Source of the DNA: Escherichia coli
GTDB lineage: Bacteria > Pseudomonadota > Gammaproteobacteria > Enterobacterales > Enterobacteriaceae
Strand: one strand, 5' to 3'
NCBI RefSeq assembly: GCF_024223415.1
Contig: NZ_CP100500.1
Length of the DNA: 64,000 bases
Below the pieces are notes generated by a model. It was given only the letters and a program-made list of their open reading frames with translations, had not been told where the DNA came from and did no database searches. Every line of letters starts with the position of its first letter. The stretch's first letter is position 1. Position numbers and translations under genes: made by a program. Positions 46,062-58,415 of this stretch are shown here, one piece after another.

Positions 46062-47795
46062 GTGAAACAACAGATACAACTTCGTCGCCGTGAAGTCGAT
46101 GAAACGGCAGACTTGCCCGCTGAATTGCCTCCCTTGCTGCGCCGTTTATACGCCAGCCGGGGAGTACGCAGTGCGCAAGAACTGGAACGCAGTGTTAAAG
46201 GTATGCTGTCCTGGCAGCAACTGAGCGGTGTCGAAAAGGCCGTTGAGATCCTTTACAACGCCTTTCGCGAAGGAACGCGGATTATTGTGGTCGGTGATTT
46301 CGACGCCGACGGTGCCACCAGCACGGCTCTAAGCGTGCTGGCGATGCGCTCGCTTGGTTGCAGCGATATCGACTACCTGGTACCAAACCGTTTCGAAGAC
46401 GGTTACGGCTTAAGCCCGGAAGTGGTCGATCAGGCCCATGCCCGTGGCGCGCAGTTAATTGTCACGGTGGATAACGGTATTTCCTCCCATGCGGGGGTTG
46501 AGCACGCTCGCTCGTTGGGCATCCCGGTTATTGTTACCGATCACCATTTGCCAGGCGACACATTACCCGCGGCGGAAGCGATCATTAACCCTAACTTGCG
46601 CGACTGTAATTTCCCGTCGAAATCACTGGCAGGCGTGGGTGTGGCGTTTTATCTGATGCTGGCGCTGCGCACCTTTTTGCGCGATCAGGGCTGGTTTGAT
46701 GAGCGTAACATCGCAATTCCTAACCTGGCAGAACTGCTGGATCTGGTCGCGCTGGGGACAGTGGCGGACGTCGTGCCGCTGGACGCTAATAATCGCATTC
46801 TGACCTGGCAGGGGATGAGTCGCATCCGAGCCGGAAAGTGCCGTCCAGGGATTAAAGCGCTGCTTGAAGTGGCAAACCGTGATGCACAAAAACTCGCCGC
46901 CAGCGATTTAGGTTTTGCGCTGGGGCCACGTCTCAATGCTGCCGGACGACTGGACGATATGTCCGTCGGTGTGGCGCTCTTGCTGTGCGACAACATCGGC
47001 GAAGCGCGCGTGCTGGCAAATGAACTCGATGCGCTAAACCAGACGCGAAAAGAGATCGAACAAGGAATGCAGGTTGAAGCCCTGACCCTGTGCGAGAAAC
47101 TGGAGCGCAGCCGTGACACGCTACCCGGCGGGCTGGCAATGTATCACCCCGAATGGCATCAGGGGGTTGTCGGTATTCTGGCTTCCCGTATTAAAGAGCG
47201 TTTTCACCGTCCGGTTATCGCCTTTGCGCCCGCGGGTGATGGTACGCTGAAAGGTTCTGGTCGCTCCATTCAGGGGCTGCATATGCGTGATGCGCTGGAG
47301 CGATTAGACACACTCTACCCTGGCATGATGCTGAAGTTTGGCGGTCATGCGATGGCGGCGGGTTTGTCGCTGGAAGAGGATAAATTCGAACTCTTTCAAC
47401 AACGGTTTGGCGAACTGGTTACTGAGTGGCTGGACCCTTCGCTATTGCAAGGCGAAGTGGTGTCAGACGGTCCGTTAAGTCCAGCCGAAATGACCATGGA
47501 AGTGGCGCAGCTGCTGCGCGATGCTGGCCCGTGGGGGCAGATGTTCCCGGAGCCGCTGTTTGATGGTCATTTCCGTCTGCTGCAACAGCGGCTGGTGGGT
47601 GAACGTCATTTGAAAGTCATGGTCGAACCGGTCGGCGGCGGTCCGCTGCTGGATGGTATTGCTTTTAATGTCGATACCGCCCTCTGGCCGGATAACGGCG
47701 TGCGCGAAGTGCAACTGGCTTACAAGCTCGATATCAACGAGTTTCGCGGCAACCGCAGCCTGCAAATTATCATCGACAATATCTGGCCAATTTAG
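46062..47795 (+). CDS. recJ: single-strand DNA-specific exonuclease RecJ
   Basis: 577 aa, DHH motifs (VGDFDADG, TDHH). Confidence 0.95.
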   Translation: MKQQIQLRRREVDETADLPAELPPLLRRLYASRGVRSAQELERSVKGMLSWQQLSGVEKAVEILYNAFREGTRIIVVGDFDADGATSTALSVLAMRSLGCSDIDYLVPNRFEDGYGLSPEVVDQAHARGAQLIVTVDNGISSHAGVEHARSLGIPVIVTDHHLPGDTLPAAEAIINPNLRDCNFPSKSLAGVGVAFYLMLALRTFLRDQGWFDERNIAIPNLAELLDLVALGTVADVVPLDANNRILTWQGMSRIRAGKCRPGIKALLEVANRDAQKLAASDLGFALGPRLNAAGRLDDMSVGVALLLCDNIGEARVLANELDALNQTRKEIEQGMQVEALTLCEKLERSRDTLPGGLAMYHPEWHQGVVGILASRIKERFHRPVIAFAPAGDGTLKGSGRSIQGLHMRDALERLDTLYPGMMLKFGGHAMAAGLSLEEDKFELFQQRFGELVTEWLDPSLLQGEVVSDGPLSPAEMTMEVAQLLRDAGPWGQMFPEPLFDGHFRLLQQRLVGERHLKVMVEPVGGGPLLDGIAFNVDTALWPDNGVREVQLAYKLDINEFRGNRSLQIIIDNIWPI

Positions 47796-47885
47796 CGTCA
47801 TCTTCTCTATAAAAAAGAGCGTGGATTGGGTACAATCCCGCTCTTATCACCGCATTTTGACTAGCTCAATAAAAGAAATCAGACC

Positions 47886-48984
47886 ATGTTTGAAATTAAT
47901 CCGGTAAATAATCGCATTCAGGACCTCACGGAACGCTCCGACGTTCTTAGGGGGTATCTTTGACTACGACGCCAAGAAAGAGCGTCTGGAAGAAGTAAAC
48001 GCCGAGCTGGAACAGCCGGATGTCTGGAACGAACCCGAACGCGCACAGGCGCTGGGTAAAGAGCGTTCCTCCCTCGAAGCCGTTGTCGACACCCTCGACC
48101 AAATGAAACAGGGGCTGGAAGATGTTTCTGGTCTGCTGGAACTGGCTGTAGAAGCTGACGACGAAGAAACCTTTAACGAAGCCGTTGCTGAACTCGACGC
48201 CCTGGAAGAAAAACTGGCGCAGCTTGAGTTCCGCCGTATGTTCTCTGGCGAATATGACAGCGCCGACTGCTACCTCGATATTCAGGCGGGGTCTGGCGGT
48301 ACGGAAGCACAGGACTGGGCGAGCATGCTTGAGCGTATGTATCTGCGCTGGGCAGAATCGCGTGGTTTCAAAACTGAAATCATCGAAGAGTCGGAAGGTG
48401 AAGTGGCGGGTATTAAATCCGTGACGATCAAAATCTCCGGCGATTACGCTTACGGCTGGCTGCGTACAGAAACTGGTGTTCACCGCCTGGTGCGTAAGAG
48501 CCCGTTTGACTCCGGCGGTCGTCGCCATACGTCGTTCAGTTCCGCGTTTGTTTACCCGGAAGTCGATGACGATATCGATATCGAAATCAACCCGGCGGAT
48601 CTGCGCATTGACGTTTATCGCGCGTCCGGCGCGGGCGGTCAGCACGTTAACCGTACCGAATCTGCGGTGCGTATTACTCACATCCCAACCGGGATCGTGA
48701 CCCAGTGCCAGAACGACCGTTCCCAGCACAAGAACAAAGACCAGGCCATGAAGCAGATGAAAGCGAAGCTTTATGAACTGGAGATGCAGAAGAAAAATGC
48801 CGAGAAACAGGCGATGGAAGATAACAAATCCGACATCGGCTGGGGCAGCCAGATTCGTTCTTATGTCCTTGATGACTCCCGCATTAAAGATCTGCGCACC
48901 GGGGTAGAAACCCGCAACACGCAGGCCGTGCTGGACGGCAGCCTGGATCAATTTATCGAAGCAAGTTTGAAAGCAGGGTTATGA
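47886..48984 (+). CDS. prfB: peptide chain release factor 2, made by programmed +1 frameshift
   Basis: ATG 47886, 25 codons, then CUU UGA C slip site at 47958-47964 preceded by AGGGGG; downstream frame continues to 48984. Confidence 0.95.
47949..47964 (+). promoter_or_regulatory. prfB autoregulatory +1 frameshift site
   Basis: agggggtatctttgac read directly. Confidence 0.9.
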
Positions 48985-48993
48985 GGAACCAAC

Positions 48994-50511
48994 ATGTCTG
49001 AACAACACGCACAGGGCGCTGACGCGGTAGTCGATCTTAACAATGAACTGAAAACGCGTCGTGAGAAGCTGGCGAACCTGCGCGAGCAGGGGATTGCCTT
49101 CCCGAACGATTTCCGTCGCGATCATACCTCTGACCAATTGCACGCAGAATTCGACGGTAAAGAGAACGAAGAACTGGAAGCGCTGAACATCGAAGTCGCC
49201 GTTGCTGGCCGCATGATGACCCGTCGTATTATGGGTAAAGCGTCTTTCGTTACCCTGCAGGACGTTGGCGGTCGCATTCAGCTGTACGTTGCCCGTGACG
49301 ATCTGCCGGAAGGCGTTTACAACGAGCAGTTCAAAAAATGGGACCTCGGCGACATCCTCGGCGCGAAAGGTAAACTGTTCAAAACCAAAACCGGCGAACT
49401 GTCTATCCACTGTACCGAGCTGCGTCTGCTGACCAAAGCACTGCGTCCGCTGCCTGATAAATTCCACGGCTTGCAGGATCAGGAAGCGCGCTATCGTCAG
49501 CGTTATTTGGATCTCATCTCTAACGATGAATCCCGTAACACCTTTAAAGTGCGCTCGCAGATCCTCTCTGGTATTCGCCAGTTCATGGTGAACCGCGGCT
49601 TTATGGAAGTTGAAACGCCGATGATGCAGGTGATCCCAGGCGGTGCCGCTGCGCGTCCGTTTATCACCCACCATAACGCGCTGGATCTCGACATGTACCT
49701 GCGTATCGCGCCGGAACTGTACCTCAAGCGTCTGGTGGTCGGTGGCTTCGAGCGTGTATTCGAAATCAACCGTAACTTCCGTAACGAAGGTATCTCCGTA
49801 CGTCATAACCCAGAGTTCACCATGATGGAACTCTACATGGCTTACGCAGATTACAAAGATCTGATCGAGCTGACCGAATCGCTGTTCCGTACTCTGGCAC
49901 AGGATATTCTCGGTAAGACGGAAGTGACCTACGGCGACGTGACGCTGGACTTCGGTAAACCGTTCGAAAAACTGACCATGCGAGAAGCGATCAAGAAATA
50001 TCGCCCGGAAACCGACATGGCGGATCTGGATAACTTCGACTCTGCGAAAGCGATTGCTGAATCTATCGGTATCCACGTTGAGAAGAGCTGGGGTCTGGGC
50101 CGTATCGTTACCGAGATCTTCGAAGAAGTGGCAGAAGCACATCTGATTCAGCCGACCTTCATTACTGAATATCCGGCAGAAGTTTCTCCGCTGGCGCGTC
50201 GTAACGACATTAACCCGGAAATCACAGACCGCTTTGAGTTCTTCATTGGTGGTCGTGAAATCGGTAACGGCTTTAGCGAGCTGAATGACGCGGAAGATCA
50301 GGCGCAGCGCTTCCTGGATCAGGTTGCCGCGAAAGATGCAGGTGACGACGAAGCGATGTTCTACGATGAAGATTACGTTACCGCACTGGAACATGGCTTA
50401 CCGCCGACAGCAGGTCTAGGGATTGGCATCGACCGTATGGTAATGCTGTTCACCAACAGCCATACCATCCGCGACGTTATTCTGTTCCCGGCGATGCGTC
50501 CGGTGAAATAA
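48994..50511 (+). CDS. lysS: lysyl-tRNA synthetase
   Basis: 505 aa, [20 protein letters not shown]. Confidence 0.95.
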   Translation: MSEQHAQGADAVVDLNNELKTRREKLANLREQGIAFPNDFRRDHTSDQLHAEFDGKENEELEALNIEVAVAGRMMTRRIMGKASFVTLQDVGGRIQLYVARDDLPEGVYNEQFKKWDLGDILGAKGKLFKTKTGELSIHCTELRLLTKALRPLPDKFHGLQDQEARYRQRYLDLISNDESRNTFKVRSQILSGIRQFMVNRGFMEVETPMMQVIPGGAAARPFITHHNALDLDMYLRIAPELYLKRLVVGGFERVFEINRNFRNEGISVRHNPEFTMMELYMAYADYKDLIELTESLFRTLAQDILGKTEVTYGDVTLDFGKPFEKLTMREAIKKYRPETDMADLDNFDSAKAIAESIGIHVEKSWGLGRIVTEIFEEVAEAHLIQPTFITEYPAEVSPLARRNDINPEITDRFEFFIGGREIGNGFSELNDAEDQAQRFLDQVAAKDAGDDEAMFYDEDYVTALEHGLPPTAGLGIGIDRMVMLFTNSHTIRDVILFPAMRPVK

Positions 50512-50531
50512 GCATTACGTTATGCTCACAA

Positions 50532-50556
50532 CCCCGGCAAATGTCGGGGTTTTTTA
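50532..50556 (+). terminator. lysS rho-independent terminator; T tract overlaps the idi stop codon
   Basis: ccccg-gcaaatgt-cgggg hairpin plus T6. Confidence 0.7.
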
Positions 50557-51102
50557 TTTAAGCTGGGTAAATGCAGATAATCGTATTCTGGCTTCGCGAT
50601 TTGTCGCCTGCATCACCATCCACGGACTGAACGCCCACGGCGTGGCATCAATACCGCGTAATACATCAGCTAAATCACACCATTGATAATCCATCACTTC
50701 ATCATCGTTGATCTGTAACGCACTGGTGGTGCGTGCGGCAAATACCGGACACACTTCATGTTCCACAATGCCATTCGGATCGGTGGCGCGATAGCGAAAG
50801 TCAGGATAGATAGATTCAGGAGGCGTAATTTCCACGCCAAGCTCATAACGGCAACGGCGGATCACCGCGTCTTCGTTGCTTTCTCCTAGTTGTGGGTGCC
50901 CACAAACCGAGTTAGTCCACACGCCAGGCCATGCTTTTTTGCTCAGAGCGCGACGGGTAACTAATAATTGTCCTTTGGCATTAAACAGCCAACTGGAGAA
51001 CGCGAGATGTAAGCGGGTGTCTGCCGTGTGTGCGGCATACTTTTCCAGCGTACCCGTGGGAACTCCCTGTGCATTCAATAAAATGACGTGTTCCGTTTGC
51101 AT
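50554..51102 (-). CDS. idi: isopentenyl-diphosphate delta-isomerase (Nudix)
   Basis: 182 aa; synteny. Confidence 0.9.
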   Translation of the reverse strand: MQTEHVILLNAQGVPTGTLEKYAAHTADTRLHLAFSSWLFNAKGQLLVTRRALSKKAWPGVWTNSVCGHPQLGESNEDAVIRRCRYELGVEITPPESIYPDFRYRATDPNGIVEHEVCPVFAARTTSALQINDDEVMDYQWCDLADVLRGIDATPWAFSPWMVMQATNREARIRLSAFTQLK

Positions 51103-51351
51103 AATTTCTCACATGTAATTCTGATCACTCATCATTATAGATAATTGAAGAGTGAAATGATTAACCAAGTGAGCGTTTATCGACAACCGCCCGTTTTGAG
51201 CGGATGTCGACAGGTAAAAACCATTTAAAAAAGTAGCATCATATATTTGAAGCGACTTTCAATGGCCATTGCAACACAGTCAGAAATGACAGGAATAGAG
51301 AGAGTAAAAAGCAACAACAGACTGAATATAGCGCGCATTAAAAGATTCATA

Positions 51352-52800
51352 TTATTCTCCATGCTCATTTTTCTTCAGCTTGCGCATCAGAAGCCACATA
51401 CGTACTGTCCTGACTTTTAAATCTTTATCAGAGACGGATTCCTTCACCAGGTCAGCATGATGCTGATAGCCATTAAAGAAGACGTTCAGCACAACGGCGC
51501 TAAGGGTTGCGAGCATAATGCCGCTATGTAGCAGCGGTTGCAGTACGGCCGGTAACTTAGAAAAGAAATCGTGAGAGAGCGTCGGAGTCATGCCAACGCC
51601 GAGACTGATCGCCACAATATAGAGGTTGTAACGGTTGGTGGTGTAGTTACAGCGCGACAGAATTCGAATCCCTGTCGCCAGTACCATGCCGAACATCACC
51701 AGCCCAGCGCCGCCCAGCACAAATTGCGGAATGGAGGCTACCAGCACCGCCATTTTTGGCACCATGCCAAACAGTATTAATATAATTCCCGAAGAAATAC
51801 ACACCCAGCGGCTATGAACGCGCGTCACGCTAACCAGGCCAACGTTTTGAGAAAATGACGTGTGGGGGAAGCTGTTAAACGTGCCACCAATCATTGTCCC
51901 TACGCCATCGACACGCAGCCCGCGAATAATATCGTGCGAAGAGAGTTTACGACCGACTATTTCACCCAGTGCCAGGAACATCCCCATCGACTCGATAAAC
52001 ACGATGATTAACACGGCAGTCATGGTCAGAATGGAAACGGGATCGAAAATCGGCATACCAAACGACATCGGCGTAACAATCGCAAACCACGAGGCATCAT
52101 GTAGCCCGGATAAATTGACTTCATTCATCATCCACGAAAGTAAAAAGCCAAATACAATCCCCAGTAATACGGCGACGTTGGACATAAATCCTTTCGCATA
52201 GCGAGTAATGAGCAAGATAAAAATTAAGACGGCAAAGGAGATACCTAAATAAACGGGATTACCATATTGCGGATTCCCTTTACCTCCGGCGGCCCAGTCA
52301 ATACCCACCTGAATGATGCTAAGCCCGATAGAAGTAATAACCACACCGGTAACCAGTGGCGGGAATAAAGGCATCAAGCGACCGATAAGTGGCGCTAATA
52401 ATGTGGTGATAAAACCCGCGGCGATAGTGGCACCAAATATACCCAGCAGGTCGATATCCGGGTTCATCCCAATGGCTATCATTGGTGTTACAGCAGCAAA
52501 GGTCACCGACATAATCACCGGCAGGCGGATCCCCATAAAGCGGCCGATACCTATACATTGCAATAATGTGACGATCCCGCAGCAAAAGAGATCCGAGCTA
52601 ATGAGCATCGCAATAGCTTCTTTTGAGAGGCCCAGTCGGTCACCAATCATAAGAGGAACAGCGACTGCACCTGCGTACATGACAAGGACGTGTTGCAGAC
52701 CGAGTATGATCAGCTTTCCTGGTGATAATATGCGGTCAACCTCATCAGTTGGGCGGTCTTGCCCAGAAGATGAGGGAAGTTGGGAATCTATGGCGCTCAT
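51352..52800 (-). CDS. uacT: uric acid:H+ symporter, NCS2 family
   Basis: Start MSAIDSQLPSSSGQ, 482 aa, polytopic membrane protein. Confidence 0.85.
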   Translation of the reverse strand: MSAIDSQLPSSSGQDRPTDEVDRILSPGKLIILGLQHVLVMYAGAVAVPLMIGDRLGLSKEAIAMLISSDLFCCGIVTLLQCIGIGRFMGIRLPVIMSVTFAAVTPMIAIGMNPDIDLLGIFGATIAAGFITTLLAPLIGRLMPLFPPLVTGVVITSIGLSIIQVGIDWAAGGKGNPQYGNPVYLGISFAVLIFILLITRYAKGFMSNVAVLLGIVFGFLLSWMMNEVNLSGLHDASWFAIVTPMSFGMPIFDPVSILTMTAVLIIVFIESMGMFLALGEIVGRKLSSHDIIRGLRVDGVGTMIGGTFNSFPHTSFSQNVGLVSVTRVHSRWVCISSGIILILFGMVPKMAVLVASIPQFVLGGAGLVMFGMVLATGIRILSRCNYTTNRYNLYIVAISLGVGMTPTLSHDFFSKLPAVLQPLLHSGIMLATLSAVVLNVFFNGYQHHADLVKESVSDKDLKVRTVRMWLLMRKLKKNEHGE

Positions 52801-53235
52801 CAGTGTTTCTCCTTTCGCCCGCCAGAGTAAAAAGCAACCGTTTACGTTAATGAAACTGTCTAAACACATGCTCGTGGAGTGCCAGTTTTTGCGAGGAAGG
52901 GGAGTTAGAGACAGGAATTGCGGAGGCAATCACATAATCGTGCTTAAACCACGAAAATGACAAGAGAACCTGACAATGGAATTATCTGTAATTTTCTCAT
53001 ATTGATATTTCATTAATCATTCTGGCATGTCGCACTCTCGCATTTAATCGTTTTTATCTGGATAGCGCTCTTTTGATCGGCAATGTTGAAATAATGAAAG
53101 CGGCATAGATTGAGGGGCAATAATTTGAACTCAGTAGCAAAATTATAATTAAAACGGTCATGCTACCTAATATATGCCCGTTTATTGCATCGCGAAATTT
53201 GAGAAGACATAACTCATTAAATGAAAGGGATGCAA

Positions 53236-55155
53236 ATGAATAAGTTTATCGCTGCTGAAGCTGCGGAATGTATAGGCTGTCATGCTTGTGAAATTGCCTG
53301 TGCGGTGGCACACAATCAAGAAAACTGGCCGCTGAGTCACAGTGACTTTCGACCGCGTATCCACGTTGTAGGGAAAGGCCAGGCTGCGAATCCGGTGGCC
53401 TGCCATCACTGCAACAATGCCCCTTGCGTTACGGCTTGTCCGGTTAATGCTCTGACTTTCCAGTCCGATAGCGTACAACTGGACGAGCAAAAATGTATTG
53501 GTTGTAAAAGATGCGCAATCGCTTGCCCCTTTGGCGTCGTTGAGATGGTCGATACGATTGCGCAGAAATGCGACCTTTGTAACCAGCGCAGTTCCGGCAC
53601 GCAAGCCTGTATTGAAGTCTGCCCAACACAGGCGTTACGGCTGATGGACGATAAAGGGTTACAGCAGATAAAGGTGGCCCGCCAGCGCAAAACGGCAGCA
53701 GGAAAAGCGTCATCAGACGCTCAGCCATCTCGCAGTGCAGCGTTGCTCCCCGTTAACTCGCGTAAAGGCGCAGATAAAATTTCAGCGAGTGAACGGAAAA
53801 CCCACTTTGGCGAAATCTATTGCGGGCTGGATCCACTGCAAGCGACTTATGAGAGTGACCGCTGTGTTTATTGTGCCGAAAAAGCTAACTGCAACTGGCA
53901 TTGCCCGCTGCATAACGCTATTCCGGATTACATCCGTCTGGTACAGGAAGGAAATATTATTGAAGCGGCAGAACTTTGCCACCAGACCAGTTCCTTACCA
54001 GAAATCTGCGGCAGGGTATGCCCACAGGACCGTCTTTGTGAAGGCGCATGTACTTTGAAAGATCACTCTGGCGCAGTCACTATCGGTAATCTGGAACGCT
54101 ACATCACCGATACCGCGCTGGCGATGGGCTGGCGTCCCGATGTCAGCAAAGTTGTTCCCCGTAGCGAAAAAGTGGCGGTGATTGGGGCTGGGCCAGCAGG
54201 GTTAGGGTGTGCTGATATTCTGGCGCGCGCAGGAGTTCAGGTTGATGTCTTTGATCGCCATCCAGAAATTGGCGGTATGCTGACTTTTGGCATACCTCCT
54301 TTCAAACTCGATAAAACGGTATTAAGCCAGCGGCGAGAGATATTCACCGCAATGGGAATCGACTTTCATCTTAACTGTGAAATTGGCCGCGATATTACCT
54401 TTAGCGATTTAACTTCTGAATATGATGCAGTTTTCATCGGCGTGGGGACTTACGGGATGATGCGAGCTGATCTGCCGCATGAAGATGCGCCCGGTGTCAT
54501 TCAGGCTCTACCGTTCTTGACTGCCCATACCCGCCAGCTCATGGGGTTGCCGGAGTCTGAAGAGTATCCGCTGACGGACGTGGAAGGTAAGCGAGTCGTG
54601 GTATTGGGCGGTGGCGATACGACAATGGATTGTTTGCGGACTTCCATCCGCCTCAATGCCGCCAGCGTGACCTGCGCGTATCGTCGTGATGAAGTCAGTA
54701 TGCCGGGCTCGCGCAAAGAGGTGGTCAATGCGCGCGAGGAAGGTGTCGAGTTTCAATTCAATGTTCAGCCGCAATATATCGCTTGTGACGAAGATGGGCG
54801 TTTAACTGCGGTGGGCCTGATTCGTACCGCCATGGGTGAGCCGGGGCCGGATGGTCGCCGTCGTCCTCGTCCGGTTGCGGGTTCAGAGTTTGAATTGCCC
54901 GCCGATGTTCTCATTATGGCCTTTGGTTTCCAGGCGCATGCCATGCCGTGGTTGCAGGGCAGCGGAATTAAACTCGATAAATGGGGCCTGATTCAAACCG
55001 GCGACGTTGGGTATTTACCTACCCAGACGCATCTGAAAAAAGTCTTTGCTGGTGGGGATGCAGTTCATGGCGCGGATCTGGTTGTCACTGCCATGGCCGC
55101 AGGAAGGCAGGCGGCGCGCGATATGTTAACTCTGTTTGATACGAAGGCATCGTGA
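53236..55155 (+). CDS. ygfT: Fe-S/FAD oxidoreductase (glutamate synthase small-subunit-like)
   Basis: N-terminal 4Fe-4S cysteine clusters plus C-terminal dinucleotide-binding GAGPAG; start MNKFIAAEA. Confidence 0.85.
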   Translation: MNKFIAAEAAECIGCHACEIACAVAHNQENWPLSHSDFRPRIHVVGKGQAANPVACHHCNNAPCVTACPVNALTFQSDSVQLDEQKCIGCKRCAIACPFGVVEMVDTIAQKCDLCNQRSSGTQACIEVCPTQALRLMDDKGLQQIKVARQRKTAAGKASSDAQPSRSAALLPVNSRKGADKISASERKTHFGEIYCGLDPLQATYESDRCVYCAEKANCNWHCPLHNAIPDYIRLVQEGNIIEAAELCHQTSSLPEICGRVCPQDRLCEGACTLKDHSGAVTIGNLERYITDTALAMGWRPDVSKVVPRSEKVAVIGAGPAGLGCADILARAGVQVDVFDRHPEIGGMLTFGIPPFKLDKTVLSQRREIFTAMGIDFHLNCEIGRDITFSDLTSEYDAVFIGVGTYGMMRADLPHEDAPGVIQALPFLTAHTRQLMGLPESEEYPLTDVEGKRVVVLGGGDTTMDCLRTSIRLNAASVTCAYRRDEVSMPGSRKEVVNAREEGVEFQFNVQPQYIACDEDGRLTAVGLIRTAMGEPGPDGRRRPRPVAGSEFELPADVLIMAFGFQAHAMPWLQGSGIKLDKWGLIQTGDVGYLPTQTHLKKVFAGGDAVHGADLVVTAMAAGRQAARDMLTLFDTKAS

Positions 55156-55643
55156 TGAAATCGTTAATTATCGTTAATCCGGCTGACTGTATTGGCTGCC
55201 GTACTTGTGAAGTGGCCTGTGTGGTCGCTCACCCTTCAGAACAGGAGTTGAATGCCGATATCTTTTTACCCCGGCTGAAGGTACAGCGACTGGACTGCAT
55301 CAGTGCGCCGGTGATGTGCCACCAATGTGAAAACGCCCCTTGTGTTGGCGCTTGCCCCGTGGGGGCGCTGACGATGGGCGAGCAGGTGGTGCAGACCAAT
55401 TCTGCCCGTTGTATTGGCTGTCAGAGTTGCGTCAGTGCGTGCCCGTTTGGAATGATCACCATTCAGTCGTTGCCGGGGGATACCCGGCAACAAATCGTGA
55501 AATGCGATCTCTGTGAACAGCGGGAAGAGGGGCCTGCCTGCGTTGAATCTTGCCCAACACAGGCGCTGCAGTTGCTTACTGAAAGAGAACTCAGGCGAGT
55601 CCGCCAGCAGCGTATTGTTGCCAGCGGTGAGAATCCTCTGTGA
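55152..55643 (+). CDS. ygfS: 4Fe-4S ferredoxin-type subunit
   Basis: 163 aa with multiple CxxCxxCxxxCP motifs; overlaps ygfT stop. Confidence 0.85.
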   Translation: MMKSLIIVNPADCIGCRTCEVACVVAHPSEQELNADIFLPRLKVQRLDCISAPVMCHQCENAPCVGACPVGALTMGEQVVQTNSARCIGCQSCVSACPFGMITIQSLPGDTRQQIVKCDLCEQREEGPACVESCPTQALQLLTERELRRVRQQRIVASGENPL

Positions 55644-55678
55644 AAGAAATCTCCGCGCTGAAAGGCGCGGAGAATCTA

Positions 55679-57046
55679 TTAGATTGCCCAACCACCTGCG
55701 TAAAATGCGACCAGTGCGGCAGTAATGATCACCGTACCAATATTCAGCTTTTGCCATTCGCGTGCAAAGACGCGGCCTACGACCAGTGTCACAAAGCCCA
55801 GCATAATACCGGTAACGATATTACAAGTCAGAACGATGAACACGGCACACACCAGGCCAGCCATAGCGTCAATAAAATCATTGAAATCCAGCTTCGAGAC
55901 GTTACTTAACATCAGCAAACCTACGTACATCAGGGCGGGTGCAGTGGCGTAACCAGGGATCAAAAATGACAGCGGTGATAAGAACAGAATCAGCAGGAAT
56001 AACGCCCCCACTACGGTTGCGGTTAACCCTGTTTTACCCCCGGCGGCGGTTCCTGCCGCTGATTCGATATAAACCGCTGCGGGCGCTGCGCCCACCAGGC
56101 CGGAGAATATTGAACTTACTGAGTCACTGGTCAGGGCTTTGCCGCCGTTGATGATCTGGTTGTCTTTATCCAACAAATTCGCCTGACCGGCGACGGCACG
56201 GATGGTGCCAGTAGCGTCGAACACTGCGGTCATCACCAATGCCAGTACACTCGGAAGTACAGTTGGCTGGAGTGCGCCCATAATATCGAGGCTGAAAATC
56301 AGAGACTTACCATCTTCGCCAGTCAGGCTTGGCATCGCCACCAGACCGTGGTATTTCACCGCTGGGTCAAAGATTAAGCCGATGATCGAAATTGCAATAA
56401 TCACCAACAAGATCCCGCCGGGTACGCGACACTTCTCCAGACCGAAGATGACCGCCAGCCCCAGCAAGCTCATCATCACCGGGAAGGAGGTAAACGCACC
56501 GAGCGCCACTGGCAAGCCTTCAATCGGGTTTTTGATAACCATTCCCACACCGTTAGCAGCAATCAGCAGCAGAAACAGCCCGATACCGATACCTGTACCG
56601 TGAGCGATCCCCATCGGTAAATTACGTAAGATCCAGGTACGCACACCGGTTACGGAAATGGCGGTGAAGATGACGCCCATCAGAAATACCGCGCCCAGTG
56701 CGACAGGAACGCTAATTTGTTGCCCGAGTACCAGACTGAATGCGGTAAACGCCGTCAAGGAAATCGCGCAACCAATCGCCATTGGCAAATTGGCCCATAA
56801 TCCCATCAGCAACGAGCCGAAGCCCGCGACCAGACAGGTGGCAACAAACACAGCTGCGGGAGGAAAACCTGCTTTGCCCAGCATTCCCGGAACGACGATA
56901 ACGGAATAAACCATGGCCAGAAAGGTCGTTAAGCCAGCCAGTACTTCCTGACGAACGGTACTGCCACGAGCGGTAATTTTAAAATAATTATCCAGCGCGC
57001 CCTGTGGCTTTGGTGCGTCCGGTGTTTGTAGGATGTCTCCAGACAT
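55679..57046 (-). CDS. ghxQ: guanine/hypoxanthine permease
   Basis: 455 aa, polytopic membrane protein; synteny. Confidence 0.85.
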   Translation of the reverse strand: MSGDILQTPDAPKPQGALDNYFKITARGSTVRQEVLAGLTTFLAMVYSVIVVPGMLGKAGFPPAAVFVATCLVAGFGSLLMGLWANLPMAIGCAISLTAFTAFSLVLGQQISVPVALGAVFLMGVIFTAISVTGVRTWILRNLPMGIAHGTGIGIGLFLLLIAANGVGMVIKNPIEGLPVALGAFTSFPVMMSLLGLAVIFGLEKCRVPGGILLVIIAISIIGLIFDPAVKYHGLVAMPSLTGEDGKSLIFSLDIMGALQPTVLPSVLALVMTAVFDATGTIRAVAGQANLLDKDNQIINGGKALTSDSVSSIFSGLVGAAPAAVYIESAAGTAAGGKTGLTATVVGALFLLILFLSPLSFLIPGYATAPALMYVGLLMLSNVSKLDFNDFIDAMAGLVCAVFIVLTCNIVTGIMLGFVTLVVGRVFAREWQKLNIGTVIITAALVAFYAGGWAI

Positions 57047-57081
57047 AATGATGTCCTCACGAGGATGTAAAAGTTTTATTA

Positions 57082-58401
57082 TTAGTTGCGTTCGTACACC
57101 AGACGACCATCAACGTAGGTGCGGTAGATCGAACGGTCATCGCCCAACGTCATCATCACGAACAATTTGTCGACTAAAGAAACAGAGTTGTCATAGCGCA
57201 GCTGCTGTAGCGGAGTGGCGGTGGGTTCCATCACCACGAAATCAGCCTCTTTGCCAGGTAAAAAGTTGCCAATCAAATCGTCAAGGCCCAGAGATTTCGC
57301 TCCGCCGAGCGTGGCCAGGTAAAACGCTTCATATGCCGAGAGGCGATAGCCTTGTAATTGCAACACTTTGTAGGCTTCGTTCAGCGTTTGCAGCATGTTG
57401 AAAGTGGTTCCGGCACCGATATCCGTTCCCATGCCCACTTTGACTTTCTTCTGCCATGCTTTTTTCAAGTTGAATAAGCCGCTGCCGAGGTAAAGGTTGG
57501 AGGTCGGACAGAAAGCAATGCTGGATTTGGTTTCGCTGAGACGATCCCACTCTTTTTCTTCGAGATGGACGCAGTGAGCAAAGACACAGTTTTTACCGGT
57601 CAGGCCGTACTGATGGTAAACATCCAGATAACCATCATGGTCAGGATAAAGCGATTTCACCCAGGCAATTTCATCTTTGTTTTCACAGAGATGGGTATGT
57701 ACCCACGTATCTGGATATTCCTCTTTCAGGCGTTGCGCCATCGCCATCTGTTCAGGAGATGAGGTAGGGGCGAATCGTGGCGTAATCGCATACAACAGAC
57801 GACCATTTTTGTGCCAGCGTTCGATCAGTTCTTTGCTTTGGTGATAGCTGCTTTCGGCAGTGTCGAGCAGATAATCCGGTGCGTTGCGGTCCATCATCAC
57901 CTTACCGGCAATCATACGCATATTGATATGACTGGCGGCTTCAAACAGCGCATCAACAGATTGCGGATGAACAGTGCCAAACACCAGCGCCGTGGTGGTT
58001 CCGTTACGTAAAAGCTGCTTGATGAAGAACGCCGACATTTCGCGGGCGTACTCTAAATCCTCATAACGACGTTCAGTAGGGAAGGTGTGTTTATTCAACC
58101 ACTCCAGCAATTGCTCACCATAGGCCCCCACCATTTCACTTTGCGGATAATGGATATGTGTATCGACAAAGCCCGGTACTATCAGTTTGCCGCGATAGTC
58201 GCGCACGCGAATGGTGTCAGGAATTTGATGCCTTCCGTCTTCCCATTCGCCAAACCATTCCACTTTTCCCTGTTTAATGAGTAATAAACCATCCTCAATA
58301 AACCGCAGCGCAGAGGCAATCTCTTCCGGGTTATCGACCGTACGGGTGACATCAATAAAACTGCCTCGTACCGCTTTTAACGTGTGTTCTCCTGACATCA
58401 T
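57082..58401 (-). CDS. guaD: guanine deaminase
   Basis: Start [15 protein letters not shown], 439 aa, amidohydrolase HxH motif. Confidence 0.9.
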   Translation of the reverse strand: MMSGEHTLKAVRGSFIDVTRTVDNPEEIASALRFIEDGLLLIKQGKVEWFGEWEDGRHQIPDTIRVRDYRGKLIVPGFVDTHIHYPQSEMVGAYGEQLLEWLNKHTFPTERRYEDLEYAREMSAFFIKQLLRNGTTTALVFGTVHPQSVDALFEAASHINMRMIAGKVMMDRNAPDYLLDTAESSYHQSKELIERWHKNGRLLYAITPRFAPTSSPEQMAMAQRLKEEYPDTWVHTHLCENKDEIAWVKSLYPDHDGYLDVYHQYGLTGKNCVFAHCVHLEEKEWDRLSETKSSIAFCPTSNLYLGSGLFNLKKAWQKKVKVGMGTDIGAGTTFNMLQTLNEAYKVLQLQGYRLSAYEAFYLATLGGAKSLGLDDLIGNFLPGKEADFVVMEPTATPLQQLRYDNSVSLVDKLFVMMTLGDDRSIYRTYVDGRLVYERN

Positions 58402-58415
58402 TGACTCCTTTACTG

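Noticed and set aside
47947-50394. Two long minus-strand ORFs (334 and 471 aa) opposite prfB and lysS
   Set aside because: Antisense shadows of two essential, highly conserved genes; repetitive low-complexity translation.
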